Of a stretch of DNA of 64,000 nt, positions 8,829-19,023 are shown in pieces; within the stretch, counting starts at the first letter, position 1; each line of letters begins with the position of its first letter. Position numbers and translations under genes: made by a program. This DNA comes from Phycisphaerales bacterium (GTDB lineage: Bacteria; Planctomycetota; Phycisphaerae; Phycisphaerales; SM1A02). Location: positions 546 through 64,545 of the forward strand of contig JAQWLT010000040.1 of assembly GCA_029247205.1 (NCBI GenBank), given 5' to 3'. The notes under the pieces were generated by a model that saw only the letters and a program-made list of their open reading frames with translations, had not been told where the DNA came from and did not search any database.

Positions 8829-11509
8829 ATCGATCGCTCACCATCGCGTGGCGTGAGCTTCGTGGGTTCTTTCTCAGTCCTGCTGGCTGGATCGTTCCAG
8901 CGATATTCTTGTTTGGATCTGGATTGGTGTTCATGCAATCAGTGTTTCACGCAGGGCACCCCGCCACGCTCCGAGCGGTGATCGGCTTCAATGCCATCTT
9001 CCTCTTGATCGCCGCGCCTGCGATTGTGATGGGAAGCATTTGCGAATCCCGTCGCCGCGGCACATTGCCACTTTTGCAGGCAAGCCCAGCTTCAAGTGGT
9101 GAAATTGTTCTAGGCAAGTGGCTTGGCGGACTTGGTGTCTTGCTCGTGCTACTCGTGCCGACGCTCTTGCAGGTTGTGCTTCTGGAGTGGTACGGCCGGC
9201 CAGATCTAGGGGCTGTTGCAAGCGGCTATCTCGGACTCCTTCTGCTTGGCAGTGCCGTCGTCGCATCAGGCCTCTTGGCGTCTTCGCTTGTCGGAAGCCA
9301 AGCAGTGGCATTCTTGGTGACCTGCATCGGGTGGGTGCTGGTGTCGGTTGTGCTTGAACTGGGGCTGCCCCGTGTACTTCCGCCGACATGGCACTTCATG
9401 CTGGCGCCTACGGATCCACTGCAACGCTTGTCTGACTTCACGCTTGGTTTGGTGGATACCGCCAACATCATTTACTTCATCCTGCTCACGGCTGGACTAT
9501 TGGTGGCCACTGCTGTGGCCATTCGTATCGGCCGGCGACCGGCCGCATCGATTGTGGGTGTAGTTGGCGTGGCCGTCTTGATTGTGGGATTGAATATTGT
9601 CTTTCTGCAGCCAATGTTTCGATGGCATGTGGATGCAACCAAGTCTCGCACCTACTCGCTGAGTCCAAGAACAGAAAAGATGCTCGAGACGCTTGAAGGC
9701 CCGTGGCGAATCTCTGTGCTGCTTGCCGAAGCTGATGCTGACCAGGCAATCTTGAGGCAAGTTGATGAGGTGCTCGATCAGTTCACGGTGGCCTCGCCCG
9801 GTCTGGTTGCCCAACGCATCGATCCGACACGCCCGGAGTCGCTTGTGGTGTGGGAGTCAATTCTTGCTGACCTGCGGTCACAGGACGCTGCCGCTGCTGT
9901 TCAGTGGCAATCGGCGATTGATCATGGCTTGGAAGTTTTTGACTCGCTCATTGCCTTTGCGCAGCAGGCTGTTGGGCCAATTCGGGAAGCAAGCGGCCGT
10001 GACCCAGCGTCGGGACTTGCGGCGATGACTGTGCTCGCAGCCCAAGGGCATCGCATCACCGAGCAAGTGCGAGAGATGTGTCAGCCTGGCCCGCAGCGAC
10101 CACTGCCGGAATGGGCTTCTGCTCGCACGGTGTTGCAACAAGTCCTCTCACAGTGGGCCGCCGAACTGGACGGGCTTGCTCGAGTGCTTGCTCCACTTGA
10201 TGGAAGCCTTCCTTCCGACGCGAGTGTCAATTCGATTCGATCCGAAGCGGCCAAACTGGCGATTGCGGCGGACAGACTTGCTCGTCTGACCCCGCTGGCA
10301 TCGAGCGACCACGGTCGAGCCCTCCTGGGTGGAGAAGCTGCCATCGTCATCGGTCCTTCTGCTGCCCGCGTCATTCCTCGATCGCAACTTGTGCCGGGCA
10401 AGTTCTCGACCGAGTCGTCGGGACGTATTGCCTTTGATCAGCGATTTCGCGGAGAGCAGTTGATTGCCGCGGCGATGCGATCGATTATTGATCAAGCCGT
10501 CCCACGCGTGGTATTTGTGCATGGTGGTGACGACTCGGTGCTTGCAGCAGGCAAGCCAGATACTGATGTGTCCGGGATTGCGTCGATGTTGCAGGCTGCA
10601 GGATGGGCCGTGCAAGAGTGGCAGCCGCATGTAGCGACTACGCCCGCAGAGTGGGAAGCTGGACCATCCGCTTGGATTGTCCTCCCCGCAGTACGCCGCG
10701 ATGGCATCGAGCGGAGTTCAAGCGATGCGGCACTGCTCCGTGCGGCTCGCGCGTTGCTCGCTTCAGGTGAGGGCGTCATGTTGAATCTGTTTCCAAGCCC
10801 AAGCGCCGCGATGGGGCAGGTTGACCCATGGGCATCGTTTGCAAGCGAACTTGGTATTGAGCCTGATAGCGGCGCAGTCCTGTTGCGTGAGGTATCAAGA
10901 CCCGGTGCGGCGATGCCTCCTGAGGCGGCGATGGAACTGACCGACTTTCCAGCGAAGCATCCTGTGGCCGCAGCACTACATGGGCAATCGCTCATTCTGC
11001 CGCTGGCCATTCCGCTGCAGACAAGTGGTGAGGCGATTGGAATTGGTGTTTTGCCAGGTTCGAGTGACCTGTGGCTTGAAGAGAACTGGCGTCCGCTGGT
11101 CTCGGCGGACCAACGTCTTCGTCGCCGGCTTCCAACCTTTGATGATGCGACCGTCGTAGGCGATGACTCGACCTTGGTGGCATCTCGCGAATTAGCCAGC
11201 GGTGGCCGTGCGATCGTTGTTGGGAGTGGAAACTGGATGCGGACCCGCGTGGCCGATGCTGCAACCGCAGCGGGTGGAGACCGGGTGTCGCTGGTGCATC
11301 CGGGTAATCACGAACTGATGATGGCGGGCACAGCCTGGCTTGCAGGCTTGGACGATCGAATTGCTCGCGGAGCATTGAGTCAAGAAGTGGCCAGAATTCG
11401 TAGCATCTCACCAACTGCCAGAGCATCGTGGGGTTGGGTCTTGCTTGCGGGCTTGCCCTTGGGGTCATTGTTGTTGGGACTGGCAACTTGGATCAGGAGG
11501 CGATCCTGA
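8825..11509 (+). CDS. ABC-2 type permease fused to a GldG-like auxiliary domain
   Basis: I place the start at ATG 8825 ('MNRSLTIAWRELRGFFLSPAGW'), which overlaps the upstream stop as ATGA. The N-terminal about 250 aa have multiple TM helices typical of GldF/ABC-2 permeases. A long periplasmic region and a C-terminal TM anchor ('WGWVLLAGLPLGSLLLGLATWIRRR') follow, as in GldG. Confidence 0.7.
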   Translation: MNRSLTIAWRELRGFFLSPAGWIVPAIFLFGSGLVFMQSVFHAGHPATLRAVIGFNAIFLLIAAPAIVMGSICESRRRGTLPLLQASPASSGEIVLGKWLGGLGVLLVLLVPTLLQVVLLEWYGRPDLGAVASGYLGLLLLGSAVVASGLLASSLVGSQAVAFLVTCIGWVLVSVVLELGLPRVLPPTWHFMLAPTDPLQRLSDFTLGLVDTANIIYFILLTAGLLVATAVAIRIGRRPAASIVGVVGVAVLIVGLNIVFLQPMFRWHVDATKSRTYSLSPRTEKMLETLEGPWRISVLLAEADADQAILRQVDEVLDQFTVASPGLVAQRIDPTRPESLVVWESILADLRSQDAAAAVQWQSAIDHGLEVFDSLIAFAQQAVGPIREASGRDPASGLAAMTVLAAQGHRITEQVREMCQPGPQRPLPEWASARTVLQQVLSQWAAELDGLARVLAPLDGSLPSDASVNSIRSEAAKLAIAADRLARLTPLASSDHGRALLGGEAAIVIGPSAARVIPRSQLVPGKFSTESSGRIAFDQRFRGEQLIAAAMRSIIDQAVPRVVFVHGGDDSVLAAGKPDTDVSGIASMLQAAGWAVQEWQPHVATTPAEWEAGPSAWIVLPAVRRDGIERSSSDAALLRAARALLASGEGVMLNLFPSPSAAMGQVDPWASFASELGIEPDSGAVLLREVSRPGAAMPPEAAMELTDFPAKHPVAAALHGQSLILPLAIPLQTSGEAIGIGVLPGSSDLWLEENWRPLVSADQRLRRRLPTFDDATVVGDDSTLVASRELASGGRAIVVGSGNWMRTRVADAATAAGGDRVSLVHPGNHELMMAGTAWLAGLDDRIARGALSQEVARIRSISPTARASWGWVLLAGLPLGSLLLGLATWIRRRS

Positions 11510-12849
11510 TGCGGTGGACATCGACTGTCGTTGTATGGGCCTTGGCGATTGCAAGTGTGCTTGCAGCATGGTGGGTGTGGCCGGATGGATCGCAGCGCAG
11601 CGACCGCGTTGAGCCAGACGCACCCACCGCACTCTCAATGGACTCCATTGCCCGAATTGACCTTGATCACAATGGTCAGCAGTGGTCCTTTGTGCATGAA
11701 CCCGATGGCTGGTGGCAGACGCTTCCATTTCGTCATCGAATGAATACCGATTTGTTGATGGCCATTCCATTGGCGGCGCAGTCATTGACAGTGCGCGATG
11801 CCATCGATCCACAGTCCCCAGACTTGCCATCGGCTGCATCTCTCGGATTGGACCCACCTGTTGCAAGCGTGCGACTGACGGGTGATGCATCAACTGATCA
11901 TGCCATTCGTGAAGTTCATCTGGGTCGTTGGGGCATGGCAGGTCGCGCATGGATGTCGCGAGGCGATGACGGGTCAGTGCTGGTGGTTGATGGCACACTG
12001 CATGAGTTATTGGCGTCTGAGCCGCCTGAAACATGGCGTGACTTACGACTCTTCCCGTGGGTTTCGGTTGATGCAGATCGACTCGAACGAACGGTTTCGG
12101 GTGAGACGCTCTCGTTGGCGAGAGACGGTCGCCGCTGGCGAATTCTTTCGCCCCTTCCAACTCGCGCGGACGCCCAAGCGGTCATGCAGCATCTCTCTGA
12201 GATTGCTAGCGTGACGGCTGAGGCTGTTCTCCTTGATCAGCCGTCTGACATCAGTGCTTTTGGACTGGCCCCACCCGTTGCGCGTGTACATGTTGTCGGT
12301 GGCGGCTACGAAAGCACACTACTTGTGGGCGAGCGAGTAGGAGGAGCAAGTCAAGATCGCTATGCGATGATTGAAGGTGTGCCATCCATTCTTCGTATAA
12401 GTGCGAAGAATGTGGGGCGGTTGCTTGGTGACCCGACGGCGTTCGTGGATCACATGGGCACTGATGTTGCGCAGCCAGATGTCGCCGCGATTCGCATCCG
12501 GACAATGGGCCGCGACCTCCTACTTGAGCGGTCGCTCGATCAGTGGCGTGAGCAAGAAGGTGGGGAAGTAGCGTCATCTGCCGTTGAGCGATTGCTCACG
12601 GGCCTGCTTGCGACCCGAGCGGTTGAAGTGGCGTTACACGAGACGTATCCACAGGAACTTGAGATTGCGGTCGTCACACTGATTGATGCAGACGGTGGGC
12701 CACTCGACACCGTGCGACTACTTCGTGAGCCGTTGCCTCCCGAGGCGCTTGGTCGATGGGCGCTTGAAAACGGGGATCGTGTACTTCGCATTCTGCCAGA
12801 AGGCCTGGACTTGCCGGTTCAGCCGGTTGACTTTGGGTTGACGCCGTAG
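11509..12849 (+). CDS. DUF4340-like membrane-anchored protein (ABC/GldG-associated)
   Basis: Start placed at ATG 11509 ('MRWTSTVVVWALAIASVLAAWWVW', an N-terminal TM helix), overlapping the upstream TGA by 1 nt. Its position directly after a GldG-like gene is the usual context for DUF4340 proteins. The family assignment rests on context and architecture only. Confidence 0.55.
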   Translation: MRWTSTVVVWALAIASVLAAWWVWPDGSQRSDRVEPDAPTALSMDSIARIDLDHNGQQWSFVHEPDGWWQTLPFRHRMNTDLLMAIPLAAQSLTVRDAIDPQSPDLPSAASLGLDPPVASVRLTGDASTDHAIREVHLGRWGMAGRAWMSRGDDGSVLVVDGTLHELLASEPPETWRDLRLFPWVSVDADRLERTVSGETLSLARDGRRWRILSPLPTRADAQAVMQHLSEIASVTAEAVLLDQPSDISAFGLAPPVARVHVVGGGYESTLLVGERVGGASQDRYAMIEGVPSILRISAKNVGRLLGDPTAFVDHMGTDVAQPDVAAIRIRTMGRDLLLERSLDQWREQEGGEVASSAVERLLTGLLATRAVEVALHETYPQELEIAVVTLIDADGGPLDTVRLLREPLPPEALGRWALENGDRVLRILPEGLDLPVQPVDFGLTP

Positions 12850-13973
12850 CGAAGCAAAATATCGCTGCCCCGCGTATGCCTTGAGCGTAGTTCCAATCGC
12901 GTGGCTGCGGCAATGTCAGCTGGCGCTCTTCCGGAGAGCGGTGGTGTTGCCTGTGGATCGCCCACAAGCAATGGGGCGATGAAGACGGCAATCTCGTTGA
13001 CGAGAGACTCTTCGAGGAGTGGTCCAATCAGACCAGGCCCTGCCTCGACCAGCATGGTGGCTATGTCGTGCTTTTTCGAGAGGGCGGCGAGCACGTTTTG
13101 AAGGCAAAGCCGGGGCCCTTTCATCTCGCCTTGGTGCGTGATGACTCCCTTGGCATGAAGCAGTTGAAGTGCGTCGCGATTGGCCTTGGGTCCGTGGACA
13201 AGCAACAGAGGCGCCTCATCGATAGTCCGAACGAGTGCCGAGTCAACAGGTAGTTCAGCGCGTGGGTCGATCACGACACGGCAGGCGGTGCGACGTTTGC
13301 GGACTTTGCGTGCAGTGAGTTGTGGATCGTCATGTCTGACCGTGCCGATCCCAGTGAGAATCGCGTCGACTCGTCCGCGTTCTCGGTGTACCAGTGCACG
13401 GCTTGATGGCCCAGATATCCACTGACTATGTCCACTGCGAGTGGCGATGCAGCCATCGATGCTCTGTGCCCATTTGACGGTGATCCAGGGAAGCCCGGTC
13501 TGCTTTCGCCACACAAATGGCGAAAGCACTTCGTCGCATGCAGAAGACGGCACGTGATCAACGCGTAGTCCGTGGCTTGCCAAGATTTTCTGACCGCCAC
13601 CAGCATCTGCATCCTGATCGACGCATCCAAATACGACGCGGCTCAAGCCTGCTTTGACAATCGCATCGCAACATGGCGGTGTACGTCCGTGATGGCTGCA
13701 CGGCTCGAGTGACACGTACAACGTGCCACCGCGGCACTGCTCACCCGCAGCAGTGATGGCGCGGACTTCGGCGTGGGGTCCACCACAGTGGGCGTGATAG
13801 CCATCGCCAACTGGGTCTCCTGAGACATTCAGAATAATGCAGCCAACCAGTGGGTTCGGTTCGGCACCGCCATGGCCTCGCAGAGCTAAAGCCGCGGCTC
13901 GACCAAGCCACCGACGATCGATCGAGGTTTGGTCGATCGAGTCGGTGGTCGCGGCCTGTACCGATTCACTCAC
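12819..13973 (-). CDS. ribD: bifunctional riboflavin biosynthesis deaminase/reductase
   Basis: CMP/dCMP-type zinc deaminase signature 'HAEVRAI...[15 protein letters not shown]', followed by a RibD C-terminal reductase domain ('[16 protein letters not shown]', '[12 protein letters not shown]'). The GTG start overlaps the fusA stop (GTGA). Confidence 0.9.
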   Translation of the reverse strand: MSESVQAATTDSIDQTSIDRRWLGRAAALALRGHGGAEPNPLVGCIILNVSGDPVGDGYHAHCGGPHAEVRAITAAGEQCRGGTLYVSLEPCSHHGRTPPCCDAIVKAGLSRVVFGCVDQDADAGGGQKILASHGLRVDHVPSSACDEVLSPFVWRKQTGLPWITVKWAQSIDGCIATRSGHSQWISGPSSRALVHRERGRVDAILTGIGTVRHDDPQLTARKVRKRRTACRVVIDPRAELPVDSALVRTIDEAPLLLVHGPKANRDALQLLHAKGVITHQGEMKGPRLCLQNVLAALSKKHDIATMLVEAGPGLIGPLLEESLVNEIAVFIAPLLVGDPQATPPLSGRAPADIAAATRLELRSRHTRGSDILLRYGVNPKSTG

Positions 13974-16084
13974 GAGTGAGTGAGCACGGTTTCGCTTAGG
14001 TTCGGTGGCATGAGGCGATACTCAGATGGCTCCATCGTTGACGTTGCTCGGCCTTGCGACATGCCGCGAAGCACGGTTGTGTAGCCGAACATCTCAGAGA
14101 GGGGGACCTCCGCTGAGATGATCCGTACAACTTTCCGAACTTCTGAGTCATTGATTTGCCCGCGACGGCTCGAAAGATCACCAGAGATTGATCCAAAGAA
14201 CTCTTCTGGCGTTGTGATGGTGACGTCCATGATTGGCTCGAGCAAGCCCAATCCAGCCTTACTGCAGGCCTGCCGGAAGGCCAGCGCGCCAGCCTGCTCA
14301 AATGCCACTTGGCTCGAATCGACTTCATGGTAAGACCCGTCGATCAGTTCAACGAGGATATTGACCATCGGATAGCCGCCGAGAATTCCAGAGACGGCAG
14401 CACTGCGAACACCAGCCTCGACCGACGGGATGTACTCACGTGGAATATTGCCCTGTGAGATATTGTCAAGGAAGCCGATGTTGTTCGTGAATTTGACATC
14501 CAACTCTTCGGCTTCCGCTGCAGTACAAGGCCGCACATTGATAATGACGTCGCCATACTGACCGCGGCCACCTGTTTGCTTGACGAACTTGCCGCGAATC
14601 TTATCGGCGGGGCCAGTAATGGTTTCGCGATACGAGACGCGGGGTGTCCCGACATTTACGCCGATGTTCATATCACGCACGAGTTTGTTCTTGATGATTT
14701 CAAGATGCAATTCGCCCATGCCCGAGATGATGGTCTCCCCAGTTTCGTCGTTGTACTGCGATCGGAATGAAGGGTCTTCCCGCTGAAGCGTTCCAAGGGC
14801 TTCGCCGAGTTTCTTCTTGTCGTCGGCTGTCTTGGGCTCGATGGAGAGCGAAATCACCGGATCTGGGAAGTGCATTCGTTCGAGGATGATCGGATTGTTC
14901 GTATCGCAGAGCGTGTCGCCAGTGACGCTGTTCTTCAGGCCGATGAGGGCTACGATGTGGCCGGCGTGTGCAGTATCAATGGCTTGGCGATCTTTTGCAT
15001 GCATCTCGTAGATGCGAGAGATGTTCTCCTTGCGGCCATTGCCTGGGTTGAGCACACGCGTGCCCTTCGGGAGCGAGCCCGAGTAGATGCGGGTGTAGGT
15101 CAAGTCGCCATGCGAATCGGACACGACCTTGAAGACGAGCCCCGAGAAGGGGGCATCAAACTTGGCTTCGCGGGTGAGTGTAGTGCTCTCATCGCGTGGA
15201 TCGGTACCTTCGACCGGAGGGACCTCAGTCGGGTTTGGTAGATAGTCAATCGCCGCGTTGAGAAGCCGCTGGATACCGATGTTACGCAGGGCTGCGCCAC
15301 AAAGAATAGGTACGCAGGTGTGGGCGAGCGTTCCAATGCGAACAGCGGCCTGAATCTCGTCTGCCGTGATGGAGTGCTCATCCACGATGTATTTTTCGGT
15401 CAGGTTGTCGTCGAGTTCGGCTGCCTTGTCGACAAGGTCATGTCGCCAGAGTTCTGCCATTTCGACGAGTTCTTCGGGAATCTCTCGTTGCTCAACCACT
15501 GCCCCGAGTTCACCGCTATCAAAGTAGTACGCCTTCATCTCAAGCAGGTCAACGAGACCTTCAAACTCGTCGCCGGCGCCGATCGGAATCTGCATTGCGA
15601 TTGGGTTGGCACCAAGTCGCTCGCGGATGGTATTGAACGAGAATTCGAAGTCGGCACCGATTTTGTCCATCTTGTTGATGAATGCAACGCGTGGCACGTT
15701 GTACCGATCAGCCTGTCGCCAGACAGTCTCGCTCTGGGCTTCGACGCCTTCCTTGGCATCAAATACAGCAATCGCACCGTCGAGTACACGCATCGATCGC
15801 TCAACTTCAATAGTGAAGTCGACGTGACCAGGTGTGTCGATCAGGTTGATCGTGTATGTCTTGCCATTATGTTCCCACGGGCAGGTAGTCGCGGCCGACT
15901 GAATCGTAATGCCACGCTCTTGCTCTTCTTCGAGGAAGTCCATCGTTGCAGTGCCTTCATGCACTTCACCGATCTTGTAGCTCTTACCGGTGTAGTACAA
16001 GACACGCTCAGTGACGGTGGTCTTGCCAGCGTCAATATGGGCGCAAATGCCGATGTTTCGGACGAGTTGAAGATCTCTGGACAT
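13970..16084 (-). CDS. fusA: translation elongation factor G
   Basis: 704 aa. G1 'AHIDAGKTT', G3 'DTPGHVDF', G4 'NKMD', and full-length EF-G domains II-V ('GELHLEI', 'GGRGQYG'). It is not in an rpsL-rpsG-fusA-tuf context here. Confidence 0.95.
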   Translation of the reverse strand: MSRDLQLVRNIGICAHIDAGKTTVTERVLYYTGKSYKIGEVHEGTATMDFLEEEQERGITIQSAATTCPWEHNGKTYTINLIDTPGHVDFTIEVERSMRVLDGAIAVFDAKEGVEAQSETVWRQADRYNVPRVAFINKMDKIGADFEFSFNTIRERLGANPIAMQIPIGAGDEFEGLVDLLEMKAYYFDSGELGAVVEQREIPEELVEMAELWRHDLVDKAAELDDNLTEKYIVDEHSITADEIQAAVRIGTLAHTCVPILCGAALRNIGIQRLLNAAIDYLPNPTEVPPVEGTDPRDESTTLTREAKFDAPFSGLVFKVVSDSHGDLTYTRIYSGSLPKGTRVLNPGNGRKENISRIYEMHAKDRQAIDTAHAGHIVALIGLKNSVTGDTLCDTNNPIILERMHFPDPVISLSIEPKTADDKKKLGEALGTLQREDPSFRSQYNDETGETIISGMGELHLEIIKNKLVRDMNIGVNVGTPRVSYRETITGPADKIRGKFVKQTGGRGQYGDVIINVRPCTAAEAEELDVKFTNNIGFLDNISQGNIPREYIPSVEAGVRSAAVSGILGGYPMVNILVELIDGSYHEVDSSQVAFEQAGALAFRQACSKAGLGLLEPIMDVTITTPEEFFGSISGDLSSRRGQINDSEVRKVVRIISAEVPLSEMFGYTTVLRGMSQGRATSTMEPSEYRLMPPNLSETVLTHS

Positions 16085-16416
16085 TGGACTGCTCGCTCAA
16101 TCTCCAGATAAACCGGAGACTCTTGGAGGCGATCGCCTCGGTGAAGATGGGTTGCGCCGATCTGTGTGACCGGTGCCAAAATGAGATGAATGGGAAGGAC
16201 CCAAACAGGGTCGCGGTGCTGGTGCCCGGCATCACGCCGGACAGGGTCCTCAGCGTGGCCGGGCGTCGTCGTCCTCGTCGTTGGGCATGTACGGGATCCT
16301 CCCGACGCGTTCCGGGCCTTGAATGAAATCGTCAGCCCCAGTGGGCTAACTGGCGAAGCCCCCATGGTATCGGCAATTGTTCGCGAAACCAATAGATCAC
16401 ATGGTGTTTTTCACTC

Positions 16417-17409
16417 TCAGCAGGATCTGATGAGTTCGGCCTGATCGAGCCCAATGGACTCAATCAGAGGCTCAATCTCTTCCAGAAACCGTCTGCCATC
16501 CTCCACATAGCCCGCGGTGGGCTTGAGTTCGGGCATGTACCCGGCAAAGAATCGGTTCAGCCTGATCATCATCAGTTCCCGCACATATTTGGCTGTCATC
16601 GAGGCCAGGGCCACCGGGAGGTGTTTGGAGTCCGATTCCGAGGCAAACACGATCTCCAGTGGACCGCGGCCATCGATGCTGAGCTGATAGCGGCTCTCCT
16701 CATCCGATTCGACGATGACTTTCCGCTCAGCTGCTGGCCATGCCGCGTGCAGCTCATCGAGATATCGACTGCGTCCACTATGCCGGTCGACAGCCAGTAG
16801 CAGTGATTTGCCAGCCGCCCGACGCCAGCATGTATCGGCCAGCGAGATCATGAGTTCCCAGTTGACGATTGCTTTCGACCCACTTGCAGCAACCCGGCGA
16901 TTGAATTCTGCGGCCGGAATGGCGCCTGCTGCCAGGTGTACGCAGCGCACTCCAGCGGTGGCAGTGGCGCGAGCGAGTCGCCCGCGATCAATGCGAAGCA
17001 AGGGGATGTCGTGTTCAAGAGGGAGTGTCGTACTTGAGTCGTACCACTTGGCCGTGGGGGGCTCGACACCAAGCGCATGAAACAGGGTGCTGTCATCAAG
17101 CTCATCAAGCCAATCAACTTCGTCTCGTACGGTTGCCGCAAAGAGCAGCACGCCACGTTCAAGATGCGTGAGCGGATGCCGGATCGCGCCAGCACCCTTG
17201 AGTTTCTTCGAGTCATCTATGACGATGCGTCCACGGGCGTCTCGCTTTGACCGTGTAACCATTCCGCGCAGCGCAGACCACAAGCAAGGCGGCGACTTGT
17301 CATCGAAGGCTTCGATTTCGAAGACTGAGACACCTGCGCACAGCGGACCGAACAACGGCCCGTACCCTGCTTCATCGATGCCCGCGTATAGCATTCCCCG
17401 ATGGTACAC
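16417..17409 (-). CDS. ribonuclease HII family protein (long form)
   Basis: RNase HII motifs 'GIDEAGYGPLFGPL' (DEAG), 'DDSKKL' and 'ESDSKHLPVALASMTAKYVRE'. At 330 aa it is longer than typical RnhB. The track start is GTG. An ATG six codons downstream (17394) is an alternative. Confidence 0.6.
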   Translation of the reverse strand: MYHRGMLYAGIDEAGYGPLFGPLCAGVSVFEIEAFDDKSPPCLWSALRGMVTRSKRDARGRIVIDDSKKLKGAGAIRHPLTHLERGVLLFAATVRDEVDWLDELDDSTLFHALGVEPPTAKWYDSSTTLPLEHDIPLLRIDRGRLARATATAGVRCVHLAAGAIPAAEFNRRVAASGSKAIVNWELMISLADTCWRRAAGKSLLLAVDRHSGRSRYLDELHAAWPAAERKVIVESDEESRYQLSIDGRGPLEIVFASESDSKHLPVALASMTAKYVRELMMIRLNRFFAGYMPELKPTAGYVEDGRRFLEEIEPLIESIGLDQAELIRSC

Positions 17410-17424
17410 CGAGGTGGACGTTGC

Positions 17425-19023
17425 TCAGCCGCAGATGGCCGCACCGTCTCGTCGGCCATCGCTCGCGCCGCACCAGCAGTCGTACATACGCACAACCGCC
17501 TGGCCGCCGCCGAAGGACACGTCACGTTGCGGGGCGACTGTGACGGCGTGGCCGAGCGATTTGAGTGCATCGCATGTGCTGATGGGCATATCAGGCTCAA
17601 TCGCGACACTCAGCCCGCCCTCGACACGCCATCTCGGTGCGTCGATCGCAGCTTGTGGATCCCAGTGTGAGGCAACGATTCTCGAGAGCACCTGTAAATG
17701 GCCTTGTGGCTGCATTGGTCCGCCCATGACACCAAAGGCCATATGTGGCGTCCCATTTTTCGTAGTGAAGCCTGGGATGATCGTGTGATACGGCCGTTTG
17801 GCGCTGGCAATGTCGTTGGGGTGGCCGGGGTTATTGATGAAACCAGCGCCACGGTTTTGCATCGCGATGCCAGTTCCCGGAATGACGATGCCACTTCCGA
17901 AGCCTTCATAATTGGATTGAATGAACGAGACAGCTCGTCCAGCTGCATCGCCGCAGCAAAGGTAGACGGTGCTGCTCCATGCAGGGGTCTCATCAATGAA
18001 AGGCTGCGCACGGGACGGGTCGACCTTGCTGGCCAGCATGTCCAGTCGGGTTGGATGAACGAGTTCGGCTGGATCGATCAGGCAGTGGCGTGCATCAGCC
18101 ACATGTTCTGCCGAATCGGCGAAGCCGAGTTTCATGGCTTCAATCTGAAGATGCAGTAGTTGTGGGTCGTCGGCGTCATAAGAAGCAGGATCAAGGCGGT
18201 GCAGAACGCCTGCTGCGACGAGCGCCGCGATGCCTTGCCCGTTTGGGGGGAGTTCATGAAGCAGCACATCAAGAAAGGGCACGCTCAGAGGTGTTTCCTC
18301 GAGCGTTGTATGCTCCGCGAGGTCATCAGTAGTCATTGCTCCGCCGTGCTTTGCTGCATCAGCGGAAATTCTGGCAGCGATTTCGCCTTGGTAGAAGTCT
18401 TCACCCTCGGTTTTTGCAATTGCTTCAAGCGTGTGAGCGTGATCAGGTAGTCGCCATGTTTGGCCTATCTCGGGCGTTCGCCCGTTATTGGTGAAGGTAT
18501 CCATCCACGAGTGGAAGTTTGCGTACTTTGCAGCTGATCGCTTCCATCCAGTAGCGCACTGCGGCGAAACAGGGAATCCATTCCGAGCGAGTTCAATTGC
18601 TGGGGCAAGCAAATCGGCAAAGCGAAGTTTGCCGTGCGCTCGCCACAGTGCCACCCAGCCCGACACTGCGCCTGGCACGGTGACGGTGTCCCACCCTGTT
18701 CGTGGCATGCCGTCCCGGCGTATTCGATCGACATTCAGACCCGAGGGTGAATGCCCCGAAGCATTCAGCCCATGGAGTTGCTCACCATCCCACGTAAGTG
18801 CGAAAGCATCTGAACCGATTCCGTTGGCGGTGGGTTCAACGACGGTCAAAGCTGCGGCGGTTGCGACTGCGGCGTCGGCCGCGGTGCCGCCGCGGCGAAG
18901 CATTTCAAGACCAACTTGAGCTGCCAATGGTTGCCCGGTTGCCACGACCTGTTGTCCAAAGACAGGCATGCGGCTGCCAGGAAGTGCGCCACCTGGAAGA
19001 GATCGGGAGAAGTCCAGGCTCAT
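17425..19023 (-). CDS. ggt: gamma-glutamyltransferase family protein
   Basis: 'STVYLCCGDAAGRAVSFIQSNYEGFGSGIVIPGTGIAMQNRG' matches the GGT autoprocessing-Thr and small-subunit core. I place the start at ATG 19023 ('MSLDFSRS...'), which overlaps the mnmA stop as ATGA. The track's longer start at 19059 would overlap mnmA by 40 nt. Confidence 0.85.
   Translation of the reverse strand: MSLDFSRSLPGGALPGSRMPVFGQQVVATGQPLAAQVGLEMLRRGGTAADAAVATAAALTVVEPTANGIGSDAFALTWDGEQLHGLNASGHSPSGLNVDRIRRDGMPRTGWDTVTVPGAVSGWVALWRAHGKLRFADLLAPAIELARNGFPVSPQCATGWKRSAAKYANFHSWMDTFTNNGRTPEIGQTWRLPDHAHTLEAIAKTEGEDFYQGEIAARISADAAKHGGAMTTDDLAEHTTLEETPLSVPFLDVLLHELPPNGQGIAALVAAGVLHRLDPASYDADDPQLLHLQIEAMKLGFADSAEHVADARHCLIDPAELVHPTRLDMLASKVDPSRAQPFIDETPAWSSTVYLCCGDAAGRAVSFIQSNYEGFGSGIVIPGTGIAMQNRGAGFINNPGHPNDIASAKRPYHTIIPGFTTKNGTPHMAFGVMGGPMQPQGHLQVLSRIVASHWDPQAAIDAPRWRVEGGLSVAIEPDMPISTCDALKSLGHAVTVAPQRDVSFGGGQAVVRMYDCWCGASDGRRDGAAICG

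Noticed and set aside
15320-16111. 263-aa ORF antisense to the fusA 5' half
   Set aside because: EF-G on the minus strand is unambiguous and the antisense product has no recognisable features.
16126-16139. GAGGCGATCGCCTC palindrome containing the cyanobacterial HIP1 core GCGATCGC
   Set aside because: I saw only this one occurrence and nothing else in the window is cyanobacterial, so it is not evidence of a HIP1-type iterated repeat. It is kept only as a possible operator within the fusA-leader finding.
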